NCBI GenBank assembly: GCA_051362555.1 | Contig: CM120640.1 | Coordinates: forward strand, 14,818,001-14,882,000 | Direction: 5' to 3' | Source: Lingula anatina | Taxonomy: Eukaryota > Animalia > Brachiopoda | DNA: 64,000 nucleotides | In this document: piece by piece, positions 62,007-64,000 of the stretch | How the letters are laid out: each line of letters starts with the position of its first letter | Numbering within the stretch: the first letter of the stretch is position 1 | The notes under the pieces: generated by a model | Seen by the model: the letters and a program-made list of their open reading frames with translations, nothing else | Told to the model about the DNA's origin: nothing | Databases searched by the model: none | Made by a program: the position numbers and the translations under genes

Positions 62007-64000
62007 ATGGGTCGATACACAGGGAAAACATGTCGGCTTATCAGCATGCTGACCATCACATTTAGTTTTTTTGTGGTGGAAATAGTTGTCGGCTACATTG
62101 TGAACTCTATTGCCCTTGTAGCAGACTCTTTTCATATGCTGTCTGATGTGGTTGCATTAATAGTTGGCTTGGCTTCCGTTAGAGTAAGTATGAGTCTGAT
62201 TTTAATTAAGTACTATGAAAATGAAAATTATTTGAACTTGATGATTTTGATGATGATTAGTGCAATGTTATTTGCTCTGATTAAAAAGAAATTCCCTTAT
62301 AAAATATATCAGTTAACTGAAATGTTGTTAATTACGGTAATCTGGTATTATTAGCATAAAGTCATGTGAAATGTAAGAATATATATAATGCATGTGCACA
62401 TATAGCTTAACTTAAGCCTTTTTATTTAGTAGTTTATATATTTCTTTTAATTGTTTGATCTGGGCTACAAGTGAGAGCATTCATTGGTGGTTTGTGCCCT
62501 AGATTCATGAGTAAGCTGATATGTATGTGTGGGCATAACCTATGTAAGCAATGGAATAGCTCAATGGAAGATATCGGATGATAAATCTTATGTGGTTTGG
62601 TACACTTTTCTAAAAAAATAATGCAAAATGCATTTATGTGTAAAGTCTCAAAAAGTAACATTATATACTTCTCCCACAAATTTCTAATATTGCATGGGAG
62701 CAGTAAGAAAAATATCACAGTTATCATCAATCACTTAAAGAGTCCATGCATAAATGACCTTGAGAATAATACATTTCATGCGGTCATCATTACAAAGCCA
62801 TGAACAGTATGAAAATGATCTCCCCGCATATTTAGCAATATTATTTAAGTTCTCTGTAGACAAAAAGCAATACTGAAGCAGTGGTTAATTATGTAAGTTA
62901 GCCACAGTAAAACACTGTACACTACCTATGCTCATCACGCTGTCAGTCATGTAAGATCTTTGCATGGGTCTAGTAAAGGTCTATCAGAAATTATAATACC
63001 TATTATTAAATTTAGGACATTGAAGAATCAAGTCAATCATTTTAGTGTTGTGGACATTACCAATATTTTTATCTCATAGAATATGATAGATTATTGAACA
63101 ATGCACTAGCCCTGTCTTTAATTAGTCACTGGGCCGGGTGCTGAGAGCCATGGCTGTCAGGAAGGGATCAGTGAGATTCAGGCAGCAGGGCATATGTTGT
63201 ATGGCTTCAAAGCCGCTGTCTGTAATTCTATAAGCAGTTGCTTTTGTTTGATGACAGACATCTACCTTGTTCGAGATTTTATATGGAGCATAGTTTGGAA
63301 ACTTGAATGGCTTTGTAAAGACATATTATAGATGCTTGCCTTTATGAATTAGATTGGGGTGTATTCTCTAAGTTGCCTTGTGCGGTGAGAACAATTGTCA
63401 TGGTCTGTAAGTGATACCTGACCGCTTTGGTAGAATGGTCATGGTCGAACTCTTTTGGACAAGTTGAGGTGAACTCTGATATGCTTAACTTCCAGATCTT
63501 CTTCAGAATTATTTAATGCTATTGAATACCTGGCTTAAGCTTTACAACCTTTTAAGAATTCAAGTGGCTGTAATCTTTTAGATTTTGAAAAAAATAATTA
63601 ATGATATTTCTTTTTGTTTATCTGTTTCTGTAATCAAGGTACAGCTAAGGAACTTAATTGTACTCTTTTCACAAGTTTTTTGCTTTTTTCCTTCCTACTG
63701 TTTGAGGGGAAGTTAATTAACTGGCTGGTCAAACATGGTACTAGTATAGGTGATTCTTTCAACATAAGAGCCTATTGAGTTGTCAACATCTCAAAATACA
63801 ACTATATGCAGGTATATTGTTGAAATATAATGCTTAGTGTGAAAAGGTCAGATTTTAAGGTTATCTTAATCCACAACTGGGTGTATAACCTTCGAAATTC
63901 ATAGTATAGCAGATTAACATAACATAAACAATAACATGTTTAAGGTTTATCAGGTATTTCATGCAAGTTTTTTGGTTTTCTTTTTACAGATAGCCAGAAA
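62007..64000 (+). CDS. SLC30A1: Zinc transporter 1 (SLC30A1/ZnT1-like, CDF family), 5' part: exon 62007-62183 and start of next exon at 63990
   Basis: MGRYTGKTCRLISML..FFVVEIVVGY..SIALVADSFHMLSDV CDF signature; donor AGA|GTAAGT at 62183; acceptor TTTTACAG|ATAGCCAGA at 63990. Truncated by the window end. Could equally be the shared invertebrate SLC30A1/10 orthologue. Confidence 0.88.

Overview
AT-rich, intron-rich animal genomic DNA, probably a marine lophotrochozoan such as a mollusc (inferred from protein style and repeat families). Six protein-coding genes were reconstructed by hand from splice sites: (1) a ~31-exon full-length ABCA-family transporter (ABCA5-like, minus, 1852-21666); (2) GNB1L head-to-head with it (plus, 22436-23794); (3) an intronless, secreted, probably GPI-anchored TIMP/NtA-like OB-fold protein (25835-26488); (4) a 5-exon secreted protein made of only two WxxW/CysD domains (minus, 29006-31679); (5) a KIAA1549/UPF0606-like type I membrane mucin with a 4.14-kb Thr-rich repeat exon (minus, 34975-53863); (6) the 5' part of a ZnT1/SLC30A1-like zinc exporter. 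Mobile DNA includes two Helentron-associated (HINE-like) elements carrying ~145-bp tandem arrays rich in DR1 motifs, and several MITE families. The most notable element is a 3848-bp transposon with perfect 31-bp TIRs and a 7-bp TSD (P-superfamily hallmarks). It is inserted in the divergent promoter between the mucin and ZnT1 genes. It has no recognisable transposase but carries a spliced, decayed MADF/Myb-like cargo gene and a cluster of intronic stem-loops. All homology calls come from recalled motifs, not database searches.
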